Source: Camelus ferus | Lineage: Eukaryota | NCBI RefSeq assembly: GCF_009834535.1 | Contig: NC_045698.1 | Span: 12,774,001-12,838,000, forward strand | Length of the DNA stretch: 64,000 nucleotides | Reading direction: 5' to 3' | Shown here: positions 11,063 through 24,508 of the stretch, in pieces | How the letters are laid out: the number at the start of each line of letters is the position of its first letter | Numbering within the stretch: the first letter of the stretch is position 1 | The notes under the pieces: generated by a model | Databases searched by the model: none | What the model was told of the DNA's origin: nothing | What the model saw: only the letters and a program-made list of their open reading frames with translations | Program-made: the position numbers and the translations under genes

Positions 11063-13349
11063 AACTGACAGTGCATTCTTTCATTTACAAAAATATAATG
11101 GATATCTGCAAAGGGCTAGGTGGTTAGTCGGGGCGTTGGTATATTCTTCCCTTGAGGGGATTATGGTAGAATGTAAAAGGTAGACATAAAAATTGCTAAT
11201 TATAATATAATGTGCTAAATAGATGTATGTTCAATGTCAGTGGAAGGTTAGTTTGAGTGCTGAGATTTGGCCCAAATCTTGAAGTGTCCGTGGAGTTTTG
11301 TAAGGAAGATCCCATGTAGAACAGCATGATGGCCCAGAGGAGGAAGAGACTGCAATATTAGGGTGGGGGAGAGGTATGGGGGAAAGTAAGGAAATATAAG
11401 GTGTTCTTTAGGTCCATGTGGACAAGGAATAGAAGAGGAGATGGGAAGAAGAAAAAGATTTTAAGGCAGGTAGAGAAAAATTGCATATTTGAGCTGCCTG
11501 GTGCAAAGGGTAGAGTGAAGAACAGTGACCAAAGCCAGCGTGGGGAAGCCGGTTTCTTGAGGGTGTCTGCACTGGAACATGGAGAGCAGAATTGAATCTT
11601 AGAAGGTGCTTGAAATAGAAGACTTCAAGGTGTCTTATTTATCATTGTGTCCTCCATGCCTGACATTGTATATATTCCTTAAAGGAAACTTCAAGTTGCT
11701 CACCATCAATATTGACAGTAAAAATGAAAAGAATAAGCTCTACTTTTTGAGGGAATTGGTTTAAAGAGAGATGGTTATAGTTGGAGAAGCCCTGTCTGGC
11801 ACTGACGTGAGGGTGGTTGTCTTTAAAGCAGCCCCTCTGCAGTCGTTCCGGGTCTCTGGGAGTGCCTCGGAGACACAGGCCATGCTGTCAGGGGGCCTGT
11901 ATTATTGCTTTTTTCCCCCCTAACTGTATAGGTTTCAGCACGTCACCCAATCTCTTGAGCAACTTGTCCGTAGCTATATCCTGGGATCAAACATACATGT
12001 GGGTAGTCCCAGAGCTGAATATCCACATCTCACCAGGGGCCCTTTAAGACTAAATCTGGAGCCACTGTTTCCCTTTCTATTTCACTATTCCAATCTTGAA
12101 AGCATCAGAAATGATGATGAGAAACAGTCTAACTTTTTTTTGTTTGTTTCCTGAAGGAATAGAATATGAAAGTCAGGAAAAAATCTGTTCTCTTGTTACA
12201 GTGCTAAATTTGACTTTTGGTAGAATACACACAGGAATCGTCACAGGGATTGAATGAGTACAGCATTTCTTATAAAAGAGAGGGTGTCGTGCTTTTTGTG
12301 ACCTGCCAAGGTTACCTGTCTGGTAATATCAAGGGTGATGGGAAAATATGAATACGAGTGATGAAACTCAGGCTTTGTGAGATATTTCTTCCCGTGCATC
12401 TTAACTATCCTTAGAAGATCCTCTCTCAACAAGAAGCACACAGCCAAGATAGAAGCTTGTTTTGCAGGGAGTGGGTGGGAGAGAGAAAAGAAAGGGGCAT
12501 GAGGTGAATATAAGCCTATTCCAAAGTGAAATTTTGTCATTTTGCTGAGGGCGAAGGTGGCATCAGTTGCTTCAGTCATGAAGGAATCTGGGTTAATTAT
12601 TACAACCAGAGAAGAAAAGAAATGTATGGTTCAGTATTAATTAATGACTTACTTGAGTTTTGTTTGTTTGGTATTTAGCTACACACAGAGTTAGCCTAGG
12701 ACAATACATTGAGTTAATCAAGAAGTTCCATAAAATCTGTCTACTCCTCTGTTTAATCTGTCGGGTTCTTGGTGGTTTCAGGGAGCGAGGCGCTGTAAGT
12801 CAGACTCTCCCTGGAAGAGCCAATACCCATGCTGTGATTTCACAGAGTACAGTCATTTATTATTGAAGTTGATACATTAAAAATGCACAGCCAGCTTCCT
12901 AATGTTCTTGAGAAATCAGCTCTTTTTCTTTATTTATTAGCATTTCTTTTTGTCTAAAAGACTAAATATATTTTTATTTTTACAGGAATTGTGAGGATAT
13001 GCTGTCTACTGGTGACTATGTGAAACTGGGACACAAACTTAAAAAGATGGTGTCCTATTTTTAATAATAAATGATGACAACTATTTTTTATATCCAATTT
13101 TCCCTACAGCTCTTAGCACTGTTGCTTCCTATTGTGACATATTAAAAGTGTGGAAATTCTAGATTTTTCTAAGCATCCACACCAGGAAGTGACTTGTGAA
13201 GATCATCAGAGAGGTGTGAAAGGAGGACATCAGGGAGAAAGCAAAGAGAAAGCGTAAAGAAGCAAGAGATCTTTCTCTCGGAAGATCTTCCAGGGAAATC
13301 TTTCTGTGGGGACCAGTCCATCTATTTCAGGCTTTTTGGTTAGGGCTCC

Positions 13350-14700
13350 TGTCTTTTTCTCTCACCCTCCTTATCCAACCCATTAGCAAATACTGTCGGT
13401 TCTGTCTTTAAAATCGATTTCTGGTTTGACGGGATCTCACTATCTTCTTAGCTCTATTACTTTTTCACATGAGCAATTTCAATAGCTTATCTTCCCCCCC
13501 ATTTCCACAGTTGACCTGCTATATTTCTTCTCTGTAGAACAGCCTGGTCCCGAACTGAAGATCAGATCATATCAGTTTCTTGGCTGAAACTTCTCCCTGC
13601 CTCCCAGTCACTCTTAAGGTAAAATTCCAGCCCCTTACCATGGTTCATGAGACCTCTGTTGGGCAGACTTCTAGAACGTCCCTCGATGATCCCTGCTCCT
13701 GGTATTCATGCTCTTACATAATTCCTTATGTAGTGCTTGGCCTAGACCCAGTCACTTGTTCTGACAAATAGAATAAAGCAGAGTGATGGGGCCTGACTTC
13801 TATGATTAGACTACAAAACTGTCACTTCTTTTGACTGGCAGACTCTACTCCTCTGCTCACTTTGATGAGACAGGCTGCCATGTTGGAGAGGCCCACAAGA
13901 TGAGGAACTGAAGGTAGCCTCTGGCCAACAACCAGTGAGATAGCGAAGCCCTCTGTCCAACAGCCCACAGGAAAGTGAATCTTGAATTCACAACCCTGTG
14001 AATGAGCTTGGAAGTGGAACCTTCTCCAGTTGAGACTTCAGAGGACCCCAGTTTGGGCCAACACCTTGAGTGCAGCCTGCAAGAGACTTTAAAGCAGAAG
14101 GTCCAGTCCAGCTGTGCATGGATTTATGATCTACAGCAACTGTGAGATAATAACAAATGTTGTTTCAAGTCTTGAGGTAATTTGTTACACAGCAATAGAT
14201 AACTGATACATAGCCCTATAGGATCTGGTCCTTGGCTGCTTCTCAAACCTCACCTCCCATTACTTCTCTCCCAGTCACTTTTCTCCAACAGCTCTGCCCT
14301 TATTTATTCTCCTTGGACACACCAAGCTTACTCCAATTCCATGGGCTTTATGCTTATTGTTTCCTGTGTCTGGAATGCTCTTATCCTAAACCTTCTCATG
14401 ACTGTTCTTTCACACTTTCAGGCTTTGTTTCAATTATCACCTTTACACAGAAGCTCTCTCTGACCTCCCTCTGTGGAGAAGCTACAGCTACTATCTCCCT
14501 TCGCCTCCTTTTTGCCCCCATTCCCTCCTCTGTTCCTTTATCCTGCATTATTTCCCTCCCTGCCCTTACTCGTCTTTTTGTTTGCTCTTTATTGTCTGTC
14601 CCCTGCATTAGATGCTTAAGCTCCACGAGGGTCAGGGTTTGGTCTGTTCTCAGTGCTTAGAGTATATTATATACTCACTGATTAAACATTTATTGAACTA
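13350..14700 (+). mobile_element. L2 3' portion, split by an MLT1 LTR
   Basis: L2 motifs at 13350-13656 resume at 14211 and end in ..ctccacgagggtcaggg..aaacatttattgaa. Confidence 0.7.
13657..14210 (+). mobile_element. MaLR solo LTR (MLT1E/F-like)
   Basis: Starts TG and ends gtaatttgttacacagcaatagataactgataCA; internal gctgccatgttggagaggcccac..gaggaactgaag motifs. Confidence 0.85.
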
Positions 14701-14974
14701 AGGGGTATATTTTACTATAACAAGAGGCTTTTCCTCATCTATAAAGTAATGATGTTGGAACAAATGCAATTTAATTCCTATCTATATCTAATCTTCTTGT
14801 TCTATGACTATTATGGCAAAGAGACTAGACAGCAAATCAAAATTAGACCAGAATGAGATTTGGGGCAAGGAAATTTTTTGGAGTGAAAAACATGGGGCGT
14901 GTGAGAGATTGTGGCTAGAGAGGATGTGAGACTGATGCCCCTGAACAGACACCATCTGGTCCAGGGGTGGCCCC

Positions 14975-15130
14975 TAGAGCTTCCTGTGATACAGAAGTGG
15001 TCTCTTCTGTGCTGCCCAGTGCAGGAGTCATGAACCACCACCTGTGGCTACTAAAATCTTGAAATGTGGCTAGTATGACTGGGGATCTGAGTTTCCATTT
15101 TTATTTCATAAATGTAAATTTAACTGGCCC
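14975..15130 (+). mobile_element. MER3-like hAT-Charlie fragment
   Basis: ctgtgctgcccagt..cacctgtggctactaaaatcttgaaatgtggctagtatgactg. Confidence 0.65.
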
Positions 15131-15984
15131 TTTTAGATTCTAAAGGATGTAATTCTTCTTTGGCACTCATATCTTACTTTCATAATCTGCTCCCAAATGA
15201 AAGGTAAGGGCATCCTAGGATGGCACAGTCAGATGGGTACACTGACTTCAGAGACTGCTAAATGACAAAAGAGGGTATGTCTTCTATGTACTTGCTTTAG
15301 ATTTATAACTAAAAAGCAAATTAGGAAAAGTACTTTTTGCATGGAACCAAAAAAGATTTGATGGACTAGTACTCAGTACCAATTAAGTGCTTTTCTATAA
15401 CAATGACAATTTGCCACGTGTTTGAATTTCTTCTCTCTCCCCTTATTTTACTTTTTAACGTGTTTTTGGTCCCATCGCTGTAGTTTTGAACCCTGGTGAA
15501 AGTAATCAAAACAAGTGTTCAGGTTGTCTGACACATTGAGTTCAAGTGTTGATTACCACCTAAAAATAGCTTTGTGGCTGATTCTGAACTTGAAATAATT
15601 CGTTTGATTCCTGTGTTCTTTGGATTTGTGATGTCTCTTTTGTGATCTGGAATTTCAATCTCTGAGCTGCTGTAGTTCTGCCCTTCTCGTCTTAATTTTT
15701 GTCCCTTTTGCCTCCCTGGAGAGAGTCTGAGCTGTCTTTTAGCAAGTGATAAATGCAATGAAATGACCACTGCCTCAGCTACACTTCGTACTCCAGGGAA
15801 CTCCTCCTTAGTCCAGGCGCTTGGCTGTAACTCCCGGTTTCTTAAAGAGCCCACACCCTTATTTTTTCTTTCTTTGATAAAGATGTTAAAGGACATGTTT
15901 ACTTTTCTCGATAATAATAATAATGACTCAAGGAAGTTTTCCTTAATAACACATGAATGCAATGGCATCTGTGATAGGTGGTGT

Positions 15985-16180
15985 GTTACACAAGATTTGA
16001 GACGAAAAGCCTGCGTTTAAATTTATGCTCTGCTGCGTATTCATATGTGACCTTGAGAAAGTTGCTAAACATCACTGCTTAGTTTCCATTCTCTCACAGG
16101 CAAAACAGGAATGATAAAATGCATGTCTCCTGGTTGCTGTGAGAACTTCCTAAATTCCTATATGCGAAAACATTTCACAC
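15985..16180 (+). mobile_element. MIR SINE
   Basis: tgtgaccttgagaaagttgctaaac..cttagtttcc..ggcaaaacaggaatgataa core. Confidence 0.65.
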
Positions 16181-16329
16181 ACAGACGGGGGCGGAGGTGA
16201 TGTGAGACTAAATTAACAAACAACCAAAAAAATAGGGGAGCTCATTTTAGTTTTAGGAACTGTCTTTGAACTTGTTCTCTTGGGATGTTAATTAGGTCTT
16301 CCCCCATCGTGAATTCCCCCTTCTCACAT

Positions 16330-16603
16330 GTGGGTCTCTCCTCAGATGTTGCCCTTCAGAGAGGACCTCCCTGACCTCTCTGTGTCTGTATCAAATAACC
16401 TTGCTTTAAGCAAAGCTCTTAGTTATGTCTGAAATGGTCAGATTTACTTATTAGTCTCTGTACGTATTAGCTGCCACTCTTCCCACACCCTTGAGGATAT
16501 AAATTTCTTAAGGGCAGATACGCTGTTTTGTTTATTTCTGTATCCCCAGTGCCAGGAACATTGTCTACACATAGTAAGTGCTCAGTAAAGAATTGTTGAC
16601 TGA
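16330..16603 (+). mobile_element. L2 3' end
   Basis: agggcagatac..tatccccagtgccaggaaca..cacatagtaagtgctcagtaaagaattgttgactga. Confidence 0.75.
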
Positions 16604-17954
16604 CAAATCCCCAGGAACACTCTTAAATTTGTCAGAAGCCAGCTGAGTTTTCCATAATAGGCAATATTCACTGAATTTATGAACTTTCCCACATATTATT
16701 CACTTTAACAACTTGGCTGCGATGGAAGCCATATTTCCTTTCAGACTCATTATGGGCTGCTGTGGGAAATACAATTTGTCACCCTGAATCCAGGTTAAAT
16801 ATTTTGGCACAGAGTTCCACAGTTCACTGGAAAGCTCTGGTAAATTCTTCACTGGATAGCATTACAGTCTATAATTTGTTAAGATAGATCTAGATGTATG
16901 TTTAGACTTAAAAAAGAAACATTTTAGTTCATTAGCGTCTATATGTTACGCTTTTATCACATAACCCTCAGTGGTGTTCTCTCTCTGCACGTTGTGTAAA
17001 AATTCTAATTTTGGATTGCATTTAATTAATAATTAAATATTTTTATCATGCCACTCTTGCCGGCAGGAGTTGAAATAGTGGTCCACCAGCAAACATTTCA
17101 GAAAGTTTTCTCTTGTCATTTGCTAGTGCTCCAGCAAGGAGACTTTTTTTGCTGTGATGGGCACCCAGCTTTCTCAAGCTCTGGGGAGCAGAAGGAAATT
17201 CTGGTGCCCCTAATGGGACACTATTCCTAGAGAATGCCTGTAATTTGCTGCTTAAAGTGTCCAGCTGACAAAGGGGAAAAATGTGCAAAGTAACACAGTG
17301 ATTCAGTAGCGGAAGAATTACTAGAATTGACCCCCCCAGTTTGGGGCCGGACTACTGATATTGTGGCATTAATTGACAAATTCAAGGCATTTCCTTGTGC
17401 AGAGGTTTTTATTATTCTTAGTGGACCTTCAAACTGGACAAACTCCTCTGAGTCACGTGACGTATCAGTTGTAGAGAAATTCTCAAGGGTCTCTTGTGCT
17501 CTGAGGATTTGTAGGGAGCATTGTACACGTTCCCATACATAAATTAACCTACAGTGTTCATTCCATTGCTTTCATATGCTCATGTGTTGGGGCCCTCTGA
17601 TGGTTAATTCATGAACCACCATGTTAAATAAAAACAGGAAGAGTTTTTTTTTTTTTTTTCCTTACCACGTGGTCCATGAGTGACAATGGCATCCTGGCAA
17701 CTGGCACATCTGTTTTGAGTTACTGGTATTTAAAAAGAAATGAAATAAGGGGCTGAATTTATGTATTTTTTTGGTAACATATTATAGTGCTTTTGAACTA
17801 AAATTATCTTGGTAAGTGATGCTATCAGGTAATCAAAATTCTTACTATGTCTCTCTGTCTGTGAGCCCAGGGATGCAGGAGAACGAAAGAGCAACAGAGC
17901 AAAATGCAGTTGGTCTGGAGACCGCACTGTGTTTGCCCACTGCTCTGCCTGACT

Positions 17955-19180
17955 TGGTCTTCAGCTTCAGAAGTTTGACTAAGATGCTTTTTGGTATGGA
18001 TTTCTTTTGGTTTATCATGGTTCACTCTGCTTTTCGAATTTACACGTTTATAACTTTTGCCAAATTGGGAAGGTTTGAGCCGTTATGTCTTTGAGTATTT
18101 TTCTCATCTTTATCAATGACTCAAATGGCATAAATGTCAAAAATTTTGTTACGTAGTCCCATATGTCTCAGACTATGGTAATATTTTTTTCAATCTATTC
18201 TCTCTCTTCAGATTTCATAATTTAATTTATATTGCTTTATCTTCGAGCTTACTGATCCTTTTCTCTGTCCCCTCCATTCTGCTGTTGAGTCCATCCACTG
18301 AAATATTTTTTTCTAGCTATCTTATTTTTCTGTTCAAAAATTCCTATTTGATCCTTCCTTATAGATTTTATTTATTTGATGAGACTTTTTTTCCCCATTT
18401 GTCTCAAGTGTGTTTGTAATTGCTTGTTAAAGCAAAATCTCAAACAACTCCAACATCTTTATCATGTTGGTGTTGGGGCTCTTTGTTACTGCAGAATGAT
18501 GGCTGAGATTTCCCCAGTAGATCTACACTGACTCCTTCCTGGCTGGGAGGGCTAAGAGTAATCATTACTGTGGCACCCATGACCACACAGAGCAGTGGGG
18601 TGGCCTCATTACTGCTAGGGGGTGGTGCAAGTCCTGACTCTCCCAAGACCTCCTCTGACACCTCCCTTTTACCAGTGGTGGGACTCCACTGAACACGTTG
18701 TGGGTGGGGTCCTTGTTACAGTGGTGAAGGTGGAAGTCCTTGTTCCTCACTTAGTCTTTGTTGAAGTGTGTGACAGTGAGCCACAGATTTTTTTCCCCCT
18801 TATATTTGGCTGGAGTCAAGTGCTTTTTGTTTAAAAGTTTCTGTCTTACCAGATACCCGTTTCCTGGTCTTTGTCTAGAGAGATCAAGCTTTTATTGGTT
18901 TTTTTTTTTTTTTTTTTTTTTTGGGTCTGCTTTCATTGAAACTTTTCCAGATTGTCAACTTCAATTTCTTTAGCTCTGTATCTGGGATATATGAGGTAAC
19001 AAGAAATCCAAGGAACTCACAACTGGGTGAGTCCTTGAGTCCCAAGGTCCATAGCTTATCTGCCTTCTACTCTCCACATTTCAAAGTTTTCTGACATTTT
19101 TTATAGATAATGTCCAGGGATTTTAATTGTACCTCGTGGAGGCGTAGGGAAAAGTGTGTTTACTCCATCTTCCTGTAAGT
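17955..19180 (-). mobile_element. Old L1M element, ORF1/5' region, degraded
   Basis: T-rich antisense L1 signature (ttcagaagtttgactaagatg..caaattgggaag..), plus repeated cattactg..ggggtgg..aagtcc units at 18540-18790. Confidence 0.7.
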
Positions 19181-19795
19181 AAATCCTTACATGATTTCAT
19201 ATTTACTTTTATTTATTTATTTTCTTTCACAAATACATTTCTGAAGCATTCAGAATTTATTTTGGCGTGAAGAGTAACATAGAGACCAAGCAAAGCAACT
19301 GCTTTTCCCTTCTTGTTTCATCTTTCAAGATTTCCTTTAAAATTCTCCTTTGGTCCCTGGTAGTTAGTCATCCTGTCTCAAGCATCTCTTTGAGTTTCAT
19401 ACTTACCTGCATGAGCGCTTTTCTTGCCATGTTATAAAATGGTTTGCTTTCCTATGTGATGTCCTCAAAGGTAGTGGATAATTTTTGGATCTTTCCTGTC
19501 CTTTCTTTTCCGCCAGCACTTAGGCCCGCGGCTGGCAAGGAGGAGACACTTAGCTGATGTTTGTTGAATGACTGAATGAAGGAGAGAATGCTTTACCTTC
19601 AGCTGCAGTTCCTTGCATCTCTTGGACATCCAAATGAGCAACTTCTCACCTTTGATTATAGCAAAGTTTTTCTGGTGATACTGGATCATAGCTTGGGCAG
19701 CCGGTGTAAAACCATCTCCAGAAAGGCCTGGGAAAGGAAAGGAAGGACAGATATTGGACTTGACTTGGATGTTCTTAAATAAAATTCTGTCCAAG

Positions 19796-20062
19796 TTATG
19801 ACTCCATGTATATGAAGTTCAAGAATAGGCCAAACAAATCAATGGTGATTAAAGTCAGGGTTCTGCTTCTGTCTGGGGTTGGGGTGGGGAATTGACTGGG
19901 AAGGGGAATGAGGAAACCTTCTGAGATTCTGGAAATGTTCTATATCTTGACCTGCATGGTAATTACATGGGTGTACACGTGTAAAAAAATTAATGGAGTT
20001 GTACACTTAAGACTAGTGCATTTTAGAGTGTGTGTTTTATACCTCAACAACAACAAAAAAAT
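19796..20062 (+). mobile_element. Old L1 (L1ME/MC-like) 3' end
   Basis: atgaagttcaagaataggccaaac..tggaaatgttctatatcttgacctg..tgtacacttaaga..tatacctcaa followed by an A-rich tail. Confidence 0.8.
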
Positions 20063-22271
20063 CAGTACAAGGCAAAAATAAAGATTGGGACCAAGCATTA
20101 TTTTTTCTCTCCAAAAACCAACCAATTATCTTAATGGCATTTATTAAATAATCCAACTTTTTCTCAGAGGTTTAAAGTGTCACCTTTATAATGTATTGGA
20201 TTCCTGTATATATTTGGAGATATTTCTGAACTCTGTACTCAGTACTTTGATCTATCTGTCTGGCCACCAGTACTGAAATGTTTTAATTAGTATTTTGCTA
20301 CCTGGAAGGTCTGATTTATCCTTATGATCCTTTATCAGAAATTTTATGAATATTCCTGTATTTTGTTTTCCAGGATGAATTTTAGAATGAGCTTGCCCAT
20401 TAGAAAGAAAAAGCCTTCTTTTTGTTGCATCATACAGGGAATATTGACTATTTGAATACATTTAGGGATAATTGAGCCATTTAAAATATTTGGTCTTTCT
20501 CTATGAGAACATGGTATTTAATTTATTGATCTCTTATGTATCTCAGGAGAGTTTTAATATTTTCTTCACAAAACTTTTACAAAAGTTTTATTAAGTTTAT
20601 TCTTTATTAGCTATTTTATTCTTTCTTTAGGCTGTCACAGTAAATGAGATCTCTGTTTTATATTATTTTCTGTTGTAAATTGCCTTCTTTGCTTTTTCCT
20701 TTATAATTAGCTATTTTGTCTATGTTCGGTGATTCAGTTTTGGATTAATTTTTTTTCTTTCAATAATTTAGAATTATTTCAATTTGTTTTTAGAATGCAG
20801 CTAAATCCTATTTTGGATTTTCTTTTTCAGTTAGAAAATACCTATTGTCCTTCCCTATAAAGGTGAGAACACTGGCAAAATTTTAATATCTTTTACTTCC
20901 TTCCCTGCAACTCAAATTTGGCTGGCAGATCTGTATTTTCTTTATTTATCACCTTTAAGTAATCTCTTTAAGTGAATTCTGGACTCTTCACAGTCAGTTC
21001 TTTTAAACATATCTATTTCCTGGAGCCAAGACGTTTTGACCTATAGCTTCCTCTGAAGGGGAGTGTGGTGTTCTACCCGTTGTTGTGGGTAAGAGTTTGG
21101 GTAGAAATGTAGGAAAGTCTTGGGGAAAGACTATGAAGGTGTTAGATCTTTGGTTTCCCAGAAGGAAGGTCAATTTTGACCTTCCTAATTATCATTTGTC
21201 CCAGTTTAAAAAAAAAAAAACGCTAGTAGTCCAGACATTAAGGACCTCCTGTGTTTTGCTTGTAATACTGAGGAACTGGTGGGCTTCTGAATCTATTTTG
21301 CAGCAGATCCACATATGATCGTGACTAGGGCCACGTACAATTCTTTACAAAAGAGAAGAAAGCAATTAGACCTATTGTGTTCTGAGACTATGCAGGGCAC
21401 TTTACATACTCTTTCATTTAATCCTTGAGAGCAAGTGAACATGCGCAAAAACAAAAATCCCCCTTTAATTCCAGCTCTTTCCACTGTTGTGATGGCCACT
21501 TCCTGCCCTAATACACCCTCCTCCTCGTGGATGCCAATATTTTTACTTAGGGCATCTTTCTTTTCACCAAGACTTTGATCCTTTACAAAATATGAATCAG
21601 ACATTTTCCAGCATTTAAATGTATTACCAGTTCCTTGCACATGAATATGGATGACATGAGCAGAGCATTTAGCCAATAATGTGCGATCTAGGCACTTTAA
21701 GAACAGTGTACAGAGATTTTGAGCAGGAAAATAGGAAAGAATGAGGAAGACAGGGAACTGAATATAAAATATTTCCCACTTTTGTCCTAGAATAAACCTG
21801 TGTAAGTGCTGAGATGGAGGTTTGTACCAATAAATACATGTGTTCTAATTACCAGTTCTGTCTAAAGAAGGGAAAATGCACTAGGTTACAAAAACCTAAT
21901 GAGTGAGGATAGAGAGGACTAGGTCAGAAACAGATAAGGAGAAATCACTGAAGATGAAGAGGATGATGGAGGCATCAAAGGTCCTAGAACAGGTGTAGTT
22001 ATCATTAGAGAGGGTGGTTATAGGTGATGTAACAGGAAGGGCCCTGGGAAGCACTTCCTTTATTTCCATTCCTACTCCTGGTCCTGTGTCCATTGCCTAC
22101 GGCCTCAACTTGAGTGGACAGTTCTACCCCCAGCTTGTCTTTTCCTGCTTGAGTTCACTTCAGTTCAGCTCATCCTGGGTCTAGACAATCATTACATGTG
22201 GTCTTTGGGAATCATAGGCTAGATTATTCACTGAACATTAGTTAAGGCTATTCCTTTCATCTAAAAAGATT

Positions 22272-22714
22272 TTTAAAAATTAATTCACTAATTAATTGAT
22301 TTATTTATTGATGTATAGTCAGTTACAATGTGTCAATTTCTGGTGTACAGCACAGTGTCCCAGTCATGCATATACATACATATATTTGCTTTCATATTCT
22401 TTTTCATTATAGGTTATTACAAGATATTGAATATATTTCCTTGTGCTGTACAGAAGATATTTGTTTTTTTTTAAATCTATTTTTATATATAGTGGCTAAC
22501 ATTTGCAAGTGTCAAACTTCCAAAGTTACCCCTTCCCACCCACTTTCCCTGGTAACCATAAGACTGTTTACTATGTCTGTGAGTCTGTTTCTGTTTCATA
22601 GGTGAGTTCATTAGTTTCTTCTTTTTTCTTTTTTTTTTTTTTTTTAAGATTCCACATATGAATGATATCATATGGTATTTTTTTTTCTCTTTCTGGCTTA
22701 CTTCACTTAGAATG
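22272..22714 (-). mobile_element. 5'-truncated L1 (camelid/cetartiodactyl-type 3'UTR)
   Basis: Antisense L1 3'UTR: ttgatgtatagtcagttacaatgtgtcaatttctggtgtacagc..ggtaaccataag..tatgtctgtgagtctgtttctg..ttctggcttacttcacttagaatg. Confidence 0.9.
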
Positions 22715-24182
22715 AAATGTTTTCTTAATCATTTTCACAAATTATTCAAAGATTTCCTTTCAGTGGTGGCCCTGATCAGTCTAGCTAGAAACCCTTGGTT
22801 CCATGGCTCTCATTCCCACTGCCTTGCCGACAGTAGGTTCCATGCTGTCTAATGCTTTGTTGGGGTTTTCCTACAACTGCCAGACTGTAGACATTTTCCC
22901 TATGGGGCTGTGCCTTAAATAATTATCTGTAACTTATACCACGGGTAGAGATAGAAATTTCTCTCCTCTGAAGCAAATTATCTGCTTCTGTTACAGATTC
23001 CTACTGTTTTTGTCCAATTTTCTAGAATGTTTAGTCTTTCCATTCTTCACTAGTTTTGGGATTTTTCTCTTGGCACCTCAGCCTCTCAAGAGTCTCTCAT
23101 CTTTGAAAACCTAAGCAGAGAAAGAAACACAGACCTCCCCCCGCTACAGCATTTGTGATGGAGTAGGTGAGAATGGGAACCTGTTATCATAATCCTACCC
23201 ATCTCACCCTGGACTAGGGTAGCTGACTCTTGTGTGTCCTCTCAGGTCCCTGGACACGTCTGTTTCTATCACTGCTCTTGTCAAACACCACTGTAATTGC
23301 GCATTTATTCATCTTTTTTCTTTACTTACAAAGACCTGTCACTGCTCTGAGAAAAGTGATTTTTCTTACTATTTCTTTGTATTTCTCAAAACTAGCACAA
23401 CGACTTTTTAAAAGTGAATAAACGAAACTCTAATCTAATGAAAACATCAATTATTGTAATATATTGTAATTCTAAAAGCTGTTCATAGGCAGACATAATC
23501 TTCGTTAATGTGTCTACATTTTTATAGTGTGCCATTAATCTTAACATTATAGAATATTGATTCACAGTCTTCATACTTTTATTTTAAATGTAGGAATGAT
23601 ATTTCATTAAATTGATGTGATAGCCTTTATTTGTGTGTTCTTCTATTGCTGGCCACTTTAACTATAAGCATTTCTTTTTATTTACAAAGACACTGATTCT
23701 ACAGATCTGACATGACGTGTTCCCCCATCACTATCAACTGGGTGCTGAGTGGAAAACTTGGATCTTACATGAGGAAGGTGCACTGTCATCTGGCCTGGCC
23801 TGGATAGGGAAAGAGGATGACATACTCAAACCTAATTTTCTCTTTTATCATTTCATATTTCCTGTAATATTTGATTTTTTAGAATTATTAAGATGAAAGC
23901 CATGCCAAAAGCAAGGAATGAATGCTGGCACATCATCTTAGCACTACTGAAGCATGTCCGTTAAAATTGGACTCATATCCTGTTTTTGTTGAAATCTGTC
24001 CCAAGTTTCAGCCTAGAACACACTGGCACTTGGGTTCTTAATTTTTAACCTGAACAAATGCCTGTGATGGATTGTCCTGTTCTCTGTTGCTCTGGGTTTG
24101 CTCCCACTGAAGCAGTTGCTGATGGCTGAATGCTGACTGAGGTTAGAGAGCTCTGTTTTGCCCCACAAACGAGGTATCAGAC

Positions 24183-24508
24183 TGCATTATGGACTGAAAC
24201 CCTAACCCTCAATGGGATGGTAATGGGGGGAAGGCCTTTGGGAGGTAACCAGGTTTAGATGAGATCCTGAGGGTGGGTCCATTGTGATGAGATCAGTATC
24301 CTTATAAGAAAAGAGTCTAGTTCTCTCTCTGCCATGTGAATACACAGTGGGAAGGCAGCTGTCTGCAAATCAGGAAGAGGGCTCTCATTAGGAATGAAAT
24401 TAATTGACACCTTGATCTTGGAATTCTCAGCCTCCAGAAATAAATATCTGTGGTTTAAGTAATCCAGTCTATGGTAATTTGTCATAGCAGCCTGAGCTGA
24501 CTAAGACA
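24183..24508 (+). mobile_element. MLT1A-like MaLR solo LTR
   Basis: ggcctttgggaggtaa..gccatgtgaatacacag..caccttgatcttggaattctcagcctccaga..tagcagcctgagctgactaagaCA. Confidence 0.88.

Noticed and set aside
12961..13017. Plus-strand acceptor actaaatatatttttatttttacag|G with a weak donor 26 nt later
   Set aside because: The donor is weak and no coherent reading frame or partner exon was found.
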